Origin: Gemmatimonadaceae bacterium
GTDB lineage: Bacteria > Gemmatimonadota > Gemmatimonadetes > Gemmatimonadales > Gemmatimonadaceae
Assembly: GCA_045803545.1 (NCBI GenBank)
Contig: JBJMOW010000005.1
Span: forward strand, 992,001 to 1,056,000
Length of the DNA: 64,000 bases
Reading direction: 5' to 3'
The notes below the pieces were generated by a model. The model did not search any database. It saw only the letters and a list, made by a program, of their open reading frames with translations, and was not told the DNA's origin. Positions 9,930 to 18,997 of the stretch are shown in pieces; the stretch's first letter is position 1, and the number at the start of each line of letters is the position of its first letter. Position numbers and translations under genes: made by a program.

Positions 9930-9974
9930 AATCGGGACGGCGGGATTTGAACCCGCGACCCCCTGAACCCCATT
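9930..9974 (-). repeat. att-like direct repeat: 3' 45 bp of tRNA-Pro(GGG)
   Basis: Identical to 13021-13065. Minus strand reads AATGGGGTTCAGGGGGTCGCGGGTTCAAATCCCGCCGTCCCGATT (anticodon loop, T-arm, acceptor 3' strand). Confidence 0.9.
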
Positions 9975-10169
9975 GACCCCAGCACTGTAATTGTAAGTCG
10001 TTGTAATCGCGCGCTTCCCATAGGGGAATATCGACATTTGGGCCAGCAATTCCGTGACTTGCCACGTGAGAATTTCGGAAATATTCGGCTCCGAAGTATT
10101 GATATCAATTCTTTTCACACTGTGAAATACCCAAAGTCGCAACAGGAATATCAAGGCCAAGGTCATGGA

Positions 10170-10490
10170 CTAAAATTTTCGTGCTGTCCGGAGCGGATCT
10201 GCGGGAGGGCGATTGGAAACAGTCAGGCTCTCAGGCGGTGCGTCCCATGGTCGCGCGTATTCTTCGACGCAGCGCATGATTAGATCGTCGTCGAGCCGTG
10301 CAGTTTCGGGAGTGCGGCCGCCAACGTTCTCCATCAAGCTTACTAACGCATCTATGATCTCACCTTGGCCGACTCCCATGCCCTTCGCCACCAGCACGTA
10401 GTGGCGTGCAGCTTCGGTGAGCAACGGTGATGCAGGTTTGTTGCCCTGCGCTCTCTTATACTCTTCGACAAATCGGTCAGCAGCGTTCAT
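10170..10490 (-). CDS. Small hypothetical protein
   Basis: ATGA overlap with the upstream gene. Ends ..LIMRCVEEY.., similar to 518-847. Confidence 0.55.
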   Translation of the reverse strand: MNAADRFVEEYKRAQGNKPASPLLTEAARHYVLVAKGMGVGQGEIIDALVSLMENVGGRTPETARLDDDLIMRCVEEYARPWDAPPESLTVSNRPPADPLRTARKF

Positions 10491-10723
10491 TTCTCTGCCC
10501 CGCCGTTGCCGTAGGTCCATCCTTCAAGGTCTTTCGGTATTCCAAGCGAGCCTAGATCAATTCCTGATGGAGGTGTGAATGTGTGACCACCAGCAACATC
10601 ATCGGCAGCCATGTGAGCGGAGACGTAGCTACCTAAGTCAGAGTCCTCGAAGAGCACGTGCCATCGGCCTTTTCGCTGAACTATACTGACCACGCCTTTC
10701 GCAGTCTTATAGTAGAAGTACAA
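10487..10723 (-). CDS. Small hypothetical protein
   Basis: Globular-looking 78 aa (GRWHVLFEDSDLGSY...AADDVAGGHTF). Confidence 0.6.
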   Translation of the reverse strand: MYFYYKTAKGVVSIVQRKGRWHVLFEDSDLGSYVSAHMAADDVAGGHTFTPPSGIDLGSLGIPKDLEGWTYGNGGAEK

Positions 10724-10794
10724 TGGTAGAATCCGATTCGAAGTTCGGCGCTCCTCGCTGCAAGAATCGTGGTTCGCCGTGTGCTTCGCTTCTG

Positions 10795-10992
10795 CTACTG
10801 GGACGAAGGCTTTGGCTGGATGGCGGGTTCAAAGAGGGCGTCCGCTTTTCCCCAATGGTGCTCTTGACGGCATGCCGGGCAGTTCACCGGACTCAGTTCA
10901 GCGGGCAAATTTTCGAAGATCGAGCGATCCATTGCGAAACCGGTGAAAACGAGCTTGCCGGTCGCTGGACACTTTATGAAAATTCGATTCAA
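10795..10992 (-). CDS. Small zinc-ribbon-like protein
   Basis: IKCPATGK...TG...CPAC..EHHW motif. Confidence 0.65.
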   Translation of the reverse strand: MNRIFIKCPATGKLVFTGFAMDRSIFENLPAELSPVNCPACRQEHHWGKADALFEPAIQPKPSSQ

Positions 10993-11042
10993 GTGTGTGC
11001 GCGTGAATGCGAGGCTTTTTCACCTGCAAGCGCAGTACCTCC

Positions 11043-11393
11043 TTACCATGCCGGTCCGCACTTCACAACGCGGACGGCGAGCCTGCACCACACCTGTAGG
11101 CGCTCGGCCGAACTCGCCTCCCAATCCTCGGGGACCGGGGCGAGTCGGCGCTTCTCCCCGTTCTCACTTTCGAAACAAAGCCAACCGAGCTCGTAGCCTG
11201 CCGGTACGACAAAGCTGCGTCGAAATGGGTTTAACCTGCGCCGGGTTATTCGCCGTTCGGGCCCGGTGTAAGGCGCGGCTGAGGTACCAACGGCGGCTCT
11301 GCGCTCTTTTTTGCGTCTCTCGGCAGCTGTCGGTAGGACGAGCCAAACCTCCCACCGGCGATTGTCTGAATCCCGGAAATTCCTGTAACCCAT
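11043..11393 (-). CDS. Hypothetical protein (W.VW...GWL.FES..E..RLAP.P..W family)
   Basis: Paralog of 11697-11963. RBS GGAGG upstream. Confidence 0.7.
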   Translation of the reverse strand: MGYRNFRDSDNRRWEVWLVLPTAAERRKKERRAAVGTSAAPYTGPERRITRRRLNPFRRSFVVPAGYELGWLCFESENGEKRRLAPVPEDWEASSAERLQVWCRLAVRVVKCGPAW

Positions 11394-11434
11394 TTCGGCT
11401 GGCCTCCAAGAGCGTCCCAGACAAGACTCTCTGA

Positions 11435-11450
11435 AGCACAGCCAGTGCCG
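11435..11450 (-). promoter_or_regulatory. Candidate sigma-54 (-24/-12) promoter
   Basis: Minus strand CGGCACTGGCTGTGCT (GG-N10-GC), about 40 bp upstream of ATG 11393. Confidence 0.4.
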
Positions 11451-11468
11451 CTTTCATGCAAACGCACG

Positions 11469-11708
11469 ATGGATAAACGAACTAAGGAACAACGTATCGC
11501 GCAGGCTCGTGCTGAGATAAAAAGGCGCATAGCGCGCGTCTGTCGAACGCTGCCCGAAGCGGAATTCGAGATTCTCTTAGATCGAATGACCGCGATTCAC
11601 TGCAAGTACGACATTTTTCCGCACATACCGGAGATCGCTCAACTGGCCGAGTTGGAGACTGCCATACAAGAGGAATTTCGAGCGTTCAAACGGCAACTAG
11701 GTTCCTGA
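11469..11708 (+). CDS. Small hypothetical protein
   Basis: MDKRTKEQRIAQARAEIKRRIARVC...EFEILLDRM...KYD, helical. Confidence 0.6.
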   Translation: MDKRTKEQRIAQARAEIKRRIARVCRTLPEAEFEILLDRMTAIHCKYDIFPHIPEIAQLAELETAIQEEFRAFKRQLGS

Positions 11709-11963
11709 CGGAATAATTTTCCCGTTTGACGATGGTTGCGGTCGCGTTGGTGAAGCCGTTTTCAAAAGCGCGCGCAACCTTGCATCGGAAAAGCTTTCCC
11801 AGTTTTTGGGAATCGGTGCGAGACGTTTACGCTCGTTGCTCGATTCGAAAGTGAGCCAACCCTTTTCAAATCCTTTGGAGAGAATCTTTCCTACTGTGGG
11901 TAGAGTCGCCCAAACTCTCCAAAGAACTTCAGCGGAATCAAGAAATTCTCTGTAAGGCATCAC
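11697..11963 (-). CDS. Hypothetical protein, paralog of 11043-11393
   Basis: Shares YREF.D...WRVW...GWLTFESSNERKRLAPIP..W. Confidence 0.7.
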   Translation of the reverse strand: MMPYREFLDSAEVLWRVWATLPTVGKILSKGFEKGWLTFESSNERKRLAPIPKNWESFSDARLRALLKTASPTRPQPSSNGKIIPSGT

Positions 11964-12087
11964 GCGATCCTGTGGTTTCGATTATAGCGCTCAATCCGTA
12001 GATCTACAGCGTCTTCCGCTGTTCGGTCCTTAGAAACCGGATAGAAACTTGGCGGCTCGCCCGGGCCTGCCGTCCTGCACAAGTGGA

Positions 12088-12879
12088 TCAGCTACCCGTA
12101 ATAACCGTGTCGCGTTTGTACGGCGCCGTCACTCTCAGCATTCCGTCGACCTCGCACCTATCGGCGAGGGCTGTTATCGTAAGCTCGTTCCTGGCGCCTG
12201 TGCGCGGCGGATTCAATTCAGTGTCCTCTGGCGACTCCACAACCGCGTCCGGGTTTGCCAGTGCCTCGATGTATTCGCATGCGAGCCGACGGGCTTCTGT
12301 TTCTTGCGCCTTGTCACCAACCCCGAGATCGGATCGACGGCACTTGACCGAGCAACTCGTCTGCTTCCCGTTGACCTTGCGGAAAATGTGCAGAATCTCG
12401 CCACGTCGAAACTCGCCGACGCGAACGGTGAACTCGGGGTGAAGCGGGTGCTTGATCCGCTGAACGGACCAAGTCTCTTCGGTTTCGTCTTCATTTGTTC
12501 TCCTTGAGATGGTGTGATCTAGCAATGCTTCGGACGGTGGCGTTGCTTGGAACGGACTTCGTGCGCGCTGGCCTTCCCCGACCACCGGGCGGCTGTGGGG
12601 AGGGAGGTCCTGGCGGCGGATGCGCGGCGCGTTGGTGCGACCTGCGTTAGCGATCTTGCCGCGTTTGACGAGGTTGCCCAGATAATCAGCGGTGTAGCCT
12701 GAGGCGCGGGCCGCTTCTGTGAGCGAAAGAGTTTCGGCGGCGAACAACGCTTGCGCGCGTTCAAGCTCGACGGCGGCGATGTCCCAGAGTCGGGCGCAAG
12801 CAGCATCGCCGAAACTGCGAAGGGTCTCCGCTCGCTCTCTCCAAAGAGCGGGCAAGTCGCCAGGAATGATTTTGTTCAT
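12088..12879 (-). pseudogene. Excisionase-like HTH gene fused to a probable truncated, frameshifted integrase N-terminus
   Basis: LSLTEAARASGYTADYLGNLVKRGKI (HTH_17-like). A separate AAGGAG-ATG at 12494 lies in another frame from the downstream protein-like segment. No catalytic domain is present. Adjacent to att. Confidence 0.5.
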
Positions 12880-13020
12880 ACGTCGCCAGTACAGCGAACT
12901 GCTCTTAACGAATGGCGACGGCAGCCCCAAAGTATTGCTAAAATTGCGGAACCGTAGCGGGGCTGGAAAAGCAAAAAACCCGCACGAGCGTAACTCGTTG
13001 CGAGTTGAAGCATTTATATC

Positions 13021-13074
13021 AATCGGGACGGCGGGATTTGAACCCGCGACCCCCTGAACCCCATTCAGGTGCGC
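13021..13074 (-). pseudogene. Truncated tRNA-Pro(GGG) lacking its 5' ~20 nt
   Basis: Anticodon stem CCTGA-ATGGGGT-TCAGG and T-arm GGTTCAAATC are intact. Upstream sequence cannot pair with the acceptor 3' strand CGTCCCG. Confidence 0.75.
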
Positions 13075-13120
13075 GGCTCAGTCGCGGAAAATCGGAAGAA
13101 GGCCGAATGCCTAACCAACG

Positions 13121-14437
13121 TCAGGCAGAAACGGCTGCTCTCAAAACCGTGCCACGCTCAGGTGTGCGGACCTCCCAGTCACCCTCTTGGGCAAGCGTTG
13201 CAAATAGCTTTGCGAAATCAGCACTGCGAAGAAGTGCGTCACAGATGGCTGGATCGAATTGCGTGGCTCTGAAGCGAAGCAATTCTTTGCGCACAGACTG
13301 CGCATCAAGCGCGGCGCGATAGGGACGATCGGTCGTCATCGCATCAATCGTATCCGCGAACATTATGATGCGAGAGCCAAGCGGAATTGCGTCACCCTTC
13401 AGGCCATCAGGGTAACCCGTGCCGTCCCAGTTTTCGTGATGGTGACGAATGAGCGGCACGACGTCTCTCAGTTCTGTGACCTTGGATGCGAGTTCTGCGC
13501 TCTTGACTGGATGCGTACGCATAATGACTTGCTCTTCCGGCGTCAGTCGCCCTGGCTTGCTGAGGATTGGGCCGAACACTTCATGGATTTTGCCTACGTC
13601 GTGCAAGAGCGCGGCGGCAACAATCCGCTCGATTTCGCGCGTGCTCAATCCGAATGACTTCGCGATGACTCGAGCCTTGTCAGCGACACGCCGAGAGTGT
13701 CCCGACGTATACGGGTCCCTGGCCTCTATTGCGGCAACCATTAACTCGAGCAACTCTCGATTCGTTTGTTCGAGTTGGCCTGTCACCTTGTAAAGCTGGC
13801 GCAAACCGAACAAAGGAATCGCAAAGACGAATACCCCAACTGGGCCGAATTTCGAATAGGTCCAGACAATCAGGAGAATGGCGGGCAGCGAAAGAAAATC
13901 ATATGGCAGAGCACGGAACGTGTTCTCTTTCCAAATCGCCCACACGCTTCTATCACCAACGATGCCGAGAGCCCCGCTAACGCAAATGGTATTCGTCATA
14001 AAGAAGACGAGGAACAGAGCGAACAGCGAGGGAGAACTGGATTCGGCGACACTGTGGAGCGGGACGCCGCCTATTGCAAGGTAGGTTAGAATCGCGAGCG
14101 ACATCCCGAGAGTTTGCTGTGCCGCATTGAAGACCGCGCGGATCGCTTCTCGCTTGGCAATCATCTGCCCGGCGAGCGAAGCTACGGCGACGACGGCGAC
14201 TGTTAGCCAGTGTGGCGCAATTGCCGCGCTCGCAAGCACAGGAATAAAAGACACCGACCCGAGAGAGCCATGACCGGTGCGGTAGGCGAAGAGATTCGTC
14301 AAAACTCCGACGAAGCCGAACGTCAACGCTGCCTGAGCAAAGGGCAACGCGAACGAGGGATCTCTCACAAACACGGCTACGCCTCCGCCGACAGCGGCGA
14401 TGCAAACTAGGAGAACGTAGCGGGCAATTCTGCTCAT
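13121..14437 (-). CDS. HD-GYP c-di-GMP phosphodiesterase with N-terminal multi-pass membrane sensor domain
   Basis: About 6-7 TM helices, then IEARDPYTSGHS, LLHDVGK, HHENWDGTGYP and DAMTTDRPYR. Confidence 0.92.
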   Translation of the reverse strand: MSRIARYVLLVCIAAVGGGVAVFVRDPSFALPFAQAALTFGFVGVLTNLFAYRTGHGSLGSVSFIPVLASAAIAPHWLTVAVVAVASLAGQMIAKREAIRAVFNAAQQTLGMSLAILTYLAIGGVPLHSVAESSSPSLFALFLVFFMTNTICVSGALGIVGDRSVWAIWKENTFRALPYDFLSLPAILLIVWTYSKFGPVGVFVFAIPLFGLRQLYKVTGQLEQTNRELLELMVAAIEARDPYTSGHSRRVADKARVIAKSFGLSTREIERIVAAALLHDVGKIHEVFGPILSKPGRLTPEEQVIMRTHPVKSAELASKVTELRDVVPLIRHHHENWDGTGYPDGLKGDAIPLGSRIIMFADTIDAMTTDRPYRAALDAQSVRKELLRFRATQFDPAICDALLRSADFAKLFATLAQEGDWEVRTPERGTVLRAAVSA

Positions 14438-14460
14438 AATTGGAAAACCCCCGTACTCGG

Positions 14461-14511
14461 CTACCACAGGATTGTGTCAGGGAAACACCATCTCAAAAAG
14501 GCAGCAAACAT
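14461..14511 (-). CDS. 16-aa Trp-terminal peptide MFAAFLRWCFPDTILW
   Basis: Manual translation ATG..TGG TAG. Strong RBS GGGAGGTG 6 nt upstream of the ATG. Stop is 23 nt before the HD-GYP start. Confidence 0.65.
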   Translation of the reverse strand: MFAAFLRWCFPDTILW

Positions 14512-14752
14512 TCGCGTCACCTCCCAAAATTCAGTCGCATCGAGCATTCGCTACGACGCGCTACATGGTTGGCTCCGCTCTTGTAACTAAGTTTGCCCGC
14601 TCAACTCGTCTCTAAGCCGGGAACGGGGGTTTTGTATTCCTATAGAATCCGTGTTAAAGGTGAAATCGCTTACACAGACAGTTTTTTACCAGATCTGACT
14701 AGATCTGCTTTCCACTTCCACCTTCTAGCCTGCACCGACTCCTTGGAGTCGC

Positions 14753-15481
14753 TTACTCTACCTGATCGACCCAGCGATTCGTTGCCGCCAGGACTGCCAG
14801 AGCGCTCGCTGTTTCCGCGCTCCCTTTGATCTCACAATTACCTACAAGCAATTGGCTGTCTCGTCCAGCCCGAACTGTCACTCCCACAAAAACGTACTCG
14901 CGATCGAAGGCCTCCATCACCTTCACACCCTCCACCGCCAGCTGTCCTTCCCTGCCCTCCGCACTGCCAATCGCGAATACCGTCGCGCGCGCTGCTAAAT
15001 CGAGTCGACTACGGTCGCCCTCGATCCCATGGGCTTCACCTATGAACGACTCCTCACCCTTCCGCAGCGTAACTCGGCAGGAAACCCCCTTGCTGCGACT
15101 GCCCCGCACCTCGACATCCTCGAAGTACAGCCGCCTGCCGGTGTATTTTCGGACCCCCTCGGCGGGCGTAAACTGCGGCGCCACGAACTGAGTGTGCGGC
15201 GTCGGCCGAGCGGCCTGCGGTTTTGGCTTCGGCTCACTGGTGATCGCCACCGAGATCTTCCGATGATCCACCCGCATCGCCAGGTGCGCCATCAACGCGC
15301 TCTCGATGTTGCGCACCACCTGCTTCGGCGTGAGCTCCGCCGTCGTCAGCACATGAATCTGTTCGACCGCGCCACTCTCACTCTCGATGATCTTTGCCGA
15401 AACCACTCCCGGCAGCGTGAGAATGAGCTCCTCGGCACGCTTGATCGGGAGTACGCTGCCGGCGATGTTGTTCAAGTTCAA
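14753..15481 (-). CDS. Conserved hypothetical two-domain protein
   Basis: IHVL....TPKQVVRNIESALMA...VDHRKISVA domain, linker, and alpha/beta C-domain ending AVLAATNR. Confidence 0.85.
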   Translation of the reverse strand: MNLNNIAGSVLPIKRAEELILTLPGVVSAKIIESESGAVEQIHVLTTAELTPKQVVRNIESALMAHLAMRVDHRKISVAITSEPKPKPQAARPTPHTQFVAPQFTPAEGVRKYTGRRLYFEDVEVRGSRSKGVSCRVTLRKGEESFIGEAHGIEGDRSRLDLAARATVFAIGSAEGREGQLAVEGVKVMEAFDREYVFVGVTVRAGRDSQLLVGNCEIKGSAETASALAVLAATNRWVDQVE

Positions 15482-15699
15482 CGCTGTCGGGGATTTAGGG
15501 CGGCTGGAAACAGGTGGCCAATATCGTGGACGACTGAGTTTTAATCAAGCAAAAATCCGGTGATACCCGCAGCCATTTGCTCACTGCAGAGTCGACCGGA
15601 TTTTTTTTGCTATTGCCAAAACAGAAAGAAGAGAAAAGTGTCGATTTTGTATCACCGCACTGCCGATTTTCTATCAGCGCAACAGCGGCGCTCCGACGA

Positions 15700-16293
15700 T
15701 TAGTCGACCTCGTCGACCGGCTCGTTCACCATGCAACGAACAGAGTCGACTGGATAGCGCTCGATCCGAAATGTCTGCGCGTTGAATCGCCAGGCTAGCC
15801 GAGGACGCGCCGTAGTATCGGCTTCGGTCACCAGGCCGACCACTCTGGGTACAGTCAAGCCGTTTGATTCGACGCAGAATCGCGCAAGGTATTCGAGATG
15901 CTGCATCCCCTCGACCACCACGCTGTCGGCGCGCGCGCGACCAACGCCGTGATCGTCGGTCGCTCTGACAGCAGTGTCGAACCAGATCACCATCAAGCCC
16001 GACGGACGCCGAACGTGCGAGCCGACGAGGAATTCCGCCGAGACCGACTGCAGGTCTCCCGTCTCCAGGTACCAATCTCCCTCGCTCGAGTCGGGAGCCA
16101 CGATCCGAAACTCGGGAAGGGCGTTCTCCTCCAGAGCGTCGCCGTTTTGCTGCGATGCAACCGGAGGCGACGACACCGCTGCCGATGCGGTCGACGATGC
16201 CGCGGTTTGCTTTACCGGAGTCGCCGCGCGCTCGCAGCAGAGACAAGCGAGTAAGGCGACGACAGCTCCGATCCGGCTCACAGGTTGACCCAC
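15700..16293 (-). CDS. Hypothetical lipoprotein
   Basis: Signal peptide ending LACLCC. Overlaps the upstream gene's end. Confidence 0.65.
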   Translation of the reverse strand: MGQPVSRIGAVVALLACLCCERAATPVKQTAASSTASAAVSSPPVASQQNGDALEENALPEFRIVAPDSSEGDWYLETGDLQSVSAEFLVGSHVRRPSGLMVIWFDTAVRATDDHGVGRARADSVVVEGMQHLEYLARFCVESNGLTVPRVVGLVTEADTTARPRLAWRFNAQTFRIERYPVDSVRCMVNEPVDEVD

Positions 16294-18137
16294 CGAACTA
16301 CCTGCCAGCCGCTCGCCGTTCGATTCAGAATACAGAGCAAACGCTCAGAACCACTTCGCATTACTTCGACTATCGCCTGCTTGCGCTGAGCGCTCAAGCC
16401 GATCGCGCTGAACGAGAGCGAATATTGAGCGTTCGGCCAGGCCTGCTGCATGACGTCCGCGTCGCTGAACGCGTTGCCGCGCGCGGTGGCTCGCTCGAGC
16501 GCAACGATCGCCGAATCGCCGACAACGACGACACCGGGCCGAGCCGGAAAGTCGGGGCGGAAATCACGCCGCTGCTCACGCACCGAGAGAAAGTTCTCCA
16601 TCGCCGACAGCATTACCCGCGGCTCGTAACGTATGCGACGCTGGTAATCCTGATTGCACGATGCGCGGTTGCACGCGGAGCGCGTCGCACCGTACACCAG
16701 GATCATCTTCCCCGGGTCCGGCGATCCAAGCCGATCGAGCGCAGCCGCGTAAACGGCACCTTCCTCGGCGTTCGGGTAAGCCGAGTTGCGAGCTCGCGCA
16801 GCGTCGAACTCGTTCTGCATCGGCACGTTTACCTTCGGCTGAATAATCTGCGGCTGCGATGGTGGCGTCATCGCCTGCTGCTGCGCGGCTGATGGTGTAT
16901 CGTCGCAAATGGCGCGATCTATTTGCACGTTTACCTCGACGCTTTGACCAATGGCGACGTCCGTGGCTGTCACTGCCGCCAGGGTGTCCGGGCGACTGCT
17001 CGCTTTTGGACACCGCACCATCAGGCCTGCACCGCCCACTAAGACACCGTCGAAGCGATAGTCCCCGCGGAAATCCGAGTCGACCCACCAGACGCTGTTC
17101 GGTTGGGCATCCATATGGAGCTCGATTTTCGCGCCCGACAGCGGCTTGCCATCGCGTGTGGTGATCCGACCATGGATGTCGCGCGGCAATGCTGCCTGAC
17201 GAATCGAATCGCGCCGCGCCGACTCTTTTATTTCGTTGAGCGGCGTGTGCTTTCCGACTCCGCGGTAGCGCAACGATTCATTTCCCAGATCGGTCGAGTC
17301 TCCTTCTTCCGGAACGCGCTCGATCACGTGCCACTGCCCGCGTACTTTCCACAGAACCATCGTTTCGGTGCTGTGGCAATACGTTCCGCATTGATGCAGA
17401 ACCTGCAGAATCGCTTCGTTCTTCTGCGGATTCATTCCGACGACTGAGAGCACGGCGACGCCCCATGCGTGCGGATACCTCGCCTGAAATCCGAGCCAGA
17501 ACGGCACCTCGCGCATTCCGATTCGCCTGCCTGCCGCGCTGTCGCGCGCTGCGATCTCGCGTCCATCGATCTCCATCTCACGCTGCTCCGTCTCGCCCAT
17601 CAGCGTGAGCGGAATGTGATACTTGAACTTCGGCGTGATGTGTCGACGGTTCAGCCTCGCAATGCGATAGGCGTCGACGGTCTCGAGCTTCGGCTCACTG
17701 CCCGTCCCCATTGGAAGGATCGGACACGGCATCTTTGAACACGTCCAGACCCCGGTGATCGCGAAGTCGTTGAGCACGACCTGGCCGGGAAATCCATCCT
17801 TCGAGACGTATAGCATGTCGAGCACCGCGCGATAAACGTCGGCGGTGTCACCCGTTGGATAATCGGCTTTGTTGGTGAGGAAATCGCCGGGCTTCACTCC
17901 TGGCCGCAGATGCGCCGCCGCAAACGCGTGCATCGCTTCTGGGCTCGACTCCGGAACGACGACACCCTGCGCAGGAGTCGACGACGACGCGGACACCTGC
18001 TGCGCCGCCTTCGACGTATCGAGCGTCGCAGAAGATTTCGCGCGCTCACACGCGATCGAGCCGGCAACTGCTATGATGCACGAGGCAGCGCCAATCCTGC
18101 GCGCTCTCGTCAAAAGACGGGACCAGATCATCCCCAT
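16278..18137 (-). CDS. Lipoprotein with a carboxypeptidase-regulatory-like domain between two similar domains
   Basis: SIAC lipobox and IHGRITTRDGKPLSGAKI..SD.RGDYRF. Repeated (D/A)VY.A.LD.L and S..G......AI..V segments. Confidence 0.7.
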   Translation of the reverse strand: MGMIWSRLLTRARRIGAASCIIAVAGSIACERAKSSATLDTSKAAQQVSASSSTPAQGVVVPESSPEAMHAFAAAHLRPGVKPGDFLTNKADYPTGDTADVYRAVLDMLYVSKDGFPGQVVLNDFAITGVWTCSKMPCPILPMGTGSEPKLETVDAYRIARLNRRHITPKFKYHIPLTLMGETEQREMEIDGREIAARDSAAGRRIGMREVPFWLGFQARYPHAWGVAVLSVVGMNPQKNEAILQVLHQCGTYCHSTETMVLWKVRGQWHVIERVPEEGDSTDLGNESLRYRGVGKHTPLNEIKESARRDSIRQAALPRDIHGRITTRDGKPLSGAKIELHMDAQPNSVWWVDSDFRGDYRFDGVLVGGAGLMVRCPKASSRPDTLAAVTATDVAIGQSVEVNVQIDRAICDDTPSAAQQQAMTPPSQPQIIQPKVNVPMQNEFDAARARNSAYPNAEEGAVYAAALDRLGSPDPGKMILVYGATRSACNRASCNQDYQRRIRYEPRVMLSAMENFLSVREQRRDFRPDFPARPGVVVVGDSAIVALERATARGNAFSDADVMQQAWPNAQYSLSFSAIGLSAQRKQAIVEVMRSGSERLLCILNRTASGWQVVRWVNL

Positions 18138-18294
18138 AAAGACGCCCAAGCGCTGCGCCTCGCCACGTCTTTGGGCCTCGGCAGATACGCCGAGCGTTCG
18201 AGCCAATCAGGGGTTCCCCGCCATCCAATCTGAAAACGAAACGGAGAACGTTCGTGTCTCGCTTACGCGCCGGCCATTGGCCGTGAGTTAGCCG

Positions 18295-18933
18295 CTAGAA
18301 GTGAATCCCCAGACCGATCGGCATGAACACGGACCTCGATCGCTTGGAACCCTCCGGCCATGCATTCGCGCGAATGAAAGCGTGGACTCTGCTCTCGATC
18401 GTGACCGACCACTTCTCGCCGGGCAATCTCAGGCCGGCGCCAAGTGTCCATCCAGCTTTCACCCCAGCTCCCTGCATGCCGTAAGCGCCCGCACCGGCGA
18501 GAAGATACGGCGCAACTTTCTTCGACGAGATCGGCGTGAAAACCAGGTTACCGGTTAGTGCGGTAAGGTGCTGACCCCAGTCCGCAAATAACAGGTCAGC
18601 CCGCGGACGGATCATCCGCAGCGGCGATGGCATCGTAAGCGTTGTCTGCATGTAGTAGCCGAAACCGCCCGGCTCGAACTGAGGAACACCGCCGATGATA
18701 AGAGGAAGTCCGGCGTCGGACGCCCGCACGAAGCCGCTTGAAAGCCCCAGTGAGAACCCGCTGTCCCCTGCTTGCGCGCGTACGGCGTTCGGCAACACGC
18801 ACAATGCCACAACCAATGAAAAGACAAGACCCCGATTCGCGTACCCGTTTTTCGCAATCATCAGTGAGAAACCCTCCATTACTGACCAGTATGTGCGTCG
18901 GGACCGACGCAATCCACGCTCATTCTCTATCAA
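18295..18933 (-). CDS. Outer-membrane beta-barrel protein (OmpA/OmpW-like membrane domain)
   Basis: Signal peptide, PYLLAGAG strand and terminal GLGIHF. Start probably near 18861. Confidence 0.75.
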   Translation of the reverse strand: MIENERGLRRSRRTYWSVMEGFSLMIAKNGYANRGLVFSLVVALCVLPNAVRAQAGDSGFSLGLSSGFVRASDAGLPLIIGGVPQFEPGGFGYYMQTTLTMPSPLRMIRPRADLLFADWGQHLTALTGNLVFTPISSKKVAPYLLAGAGAYGMQGAGVKAGWTLGAGLRLPGEKWSVTIESRVHAFIRANAWPEGSKRSRSVFMPIGLGIHF

Positions 18934-18968
18934 GGATGGTCAGTTTTCTATCACGGATGGTTGCTCTA

Positions 18969-18997
18969 CCCGCCTCCCGCCTCCCGCCTCCCGCCTC
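18969..18997. repeat. Heptamer tandem repeat (CCCGCCT)n
   Basis: Four units immediately after the mrdA stop. Confidence 0.85.

Larger units (their letters stand above)
9930..13065. mobile_element. Decayed ~3.1-kb integrative element remnant at tRNA-Pro
   Basis: Bounded by 45-bp tRNA direct repeats. Contains an HTH/excisionase-like gene, a putative integrase N-terminal remnant and small cargo genes. Lower GC than the core. Confidence 0.7.

Noticed and set aside
13021..13096. Intact tRNA-Pro gene
   Set aside because: The 5' acceptor strand and D-loop are missing; upstream sequence cannot pair with CGTCCCG.
14555..14605. c-di-GMP-I riboswitch (GGGCAAAC on the minus strand upstream of the HD-GYP gene)
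   Set aside because: Lacks the GAAA tetraloop stem and GACGCAAA that should follow.
14670..14735. 21-codon ORF VQARRWKWK... after AAGGAG
   Set aside because: The putative RBS is buried in the GACTCC-AA-GGAGTC hairpin after the upstream stop, and there is no other support.
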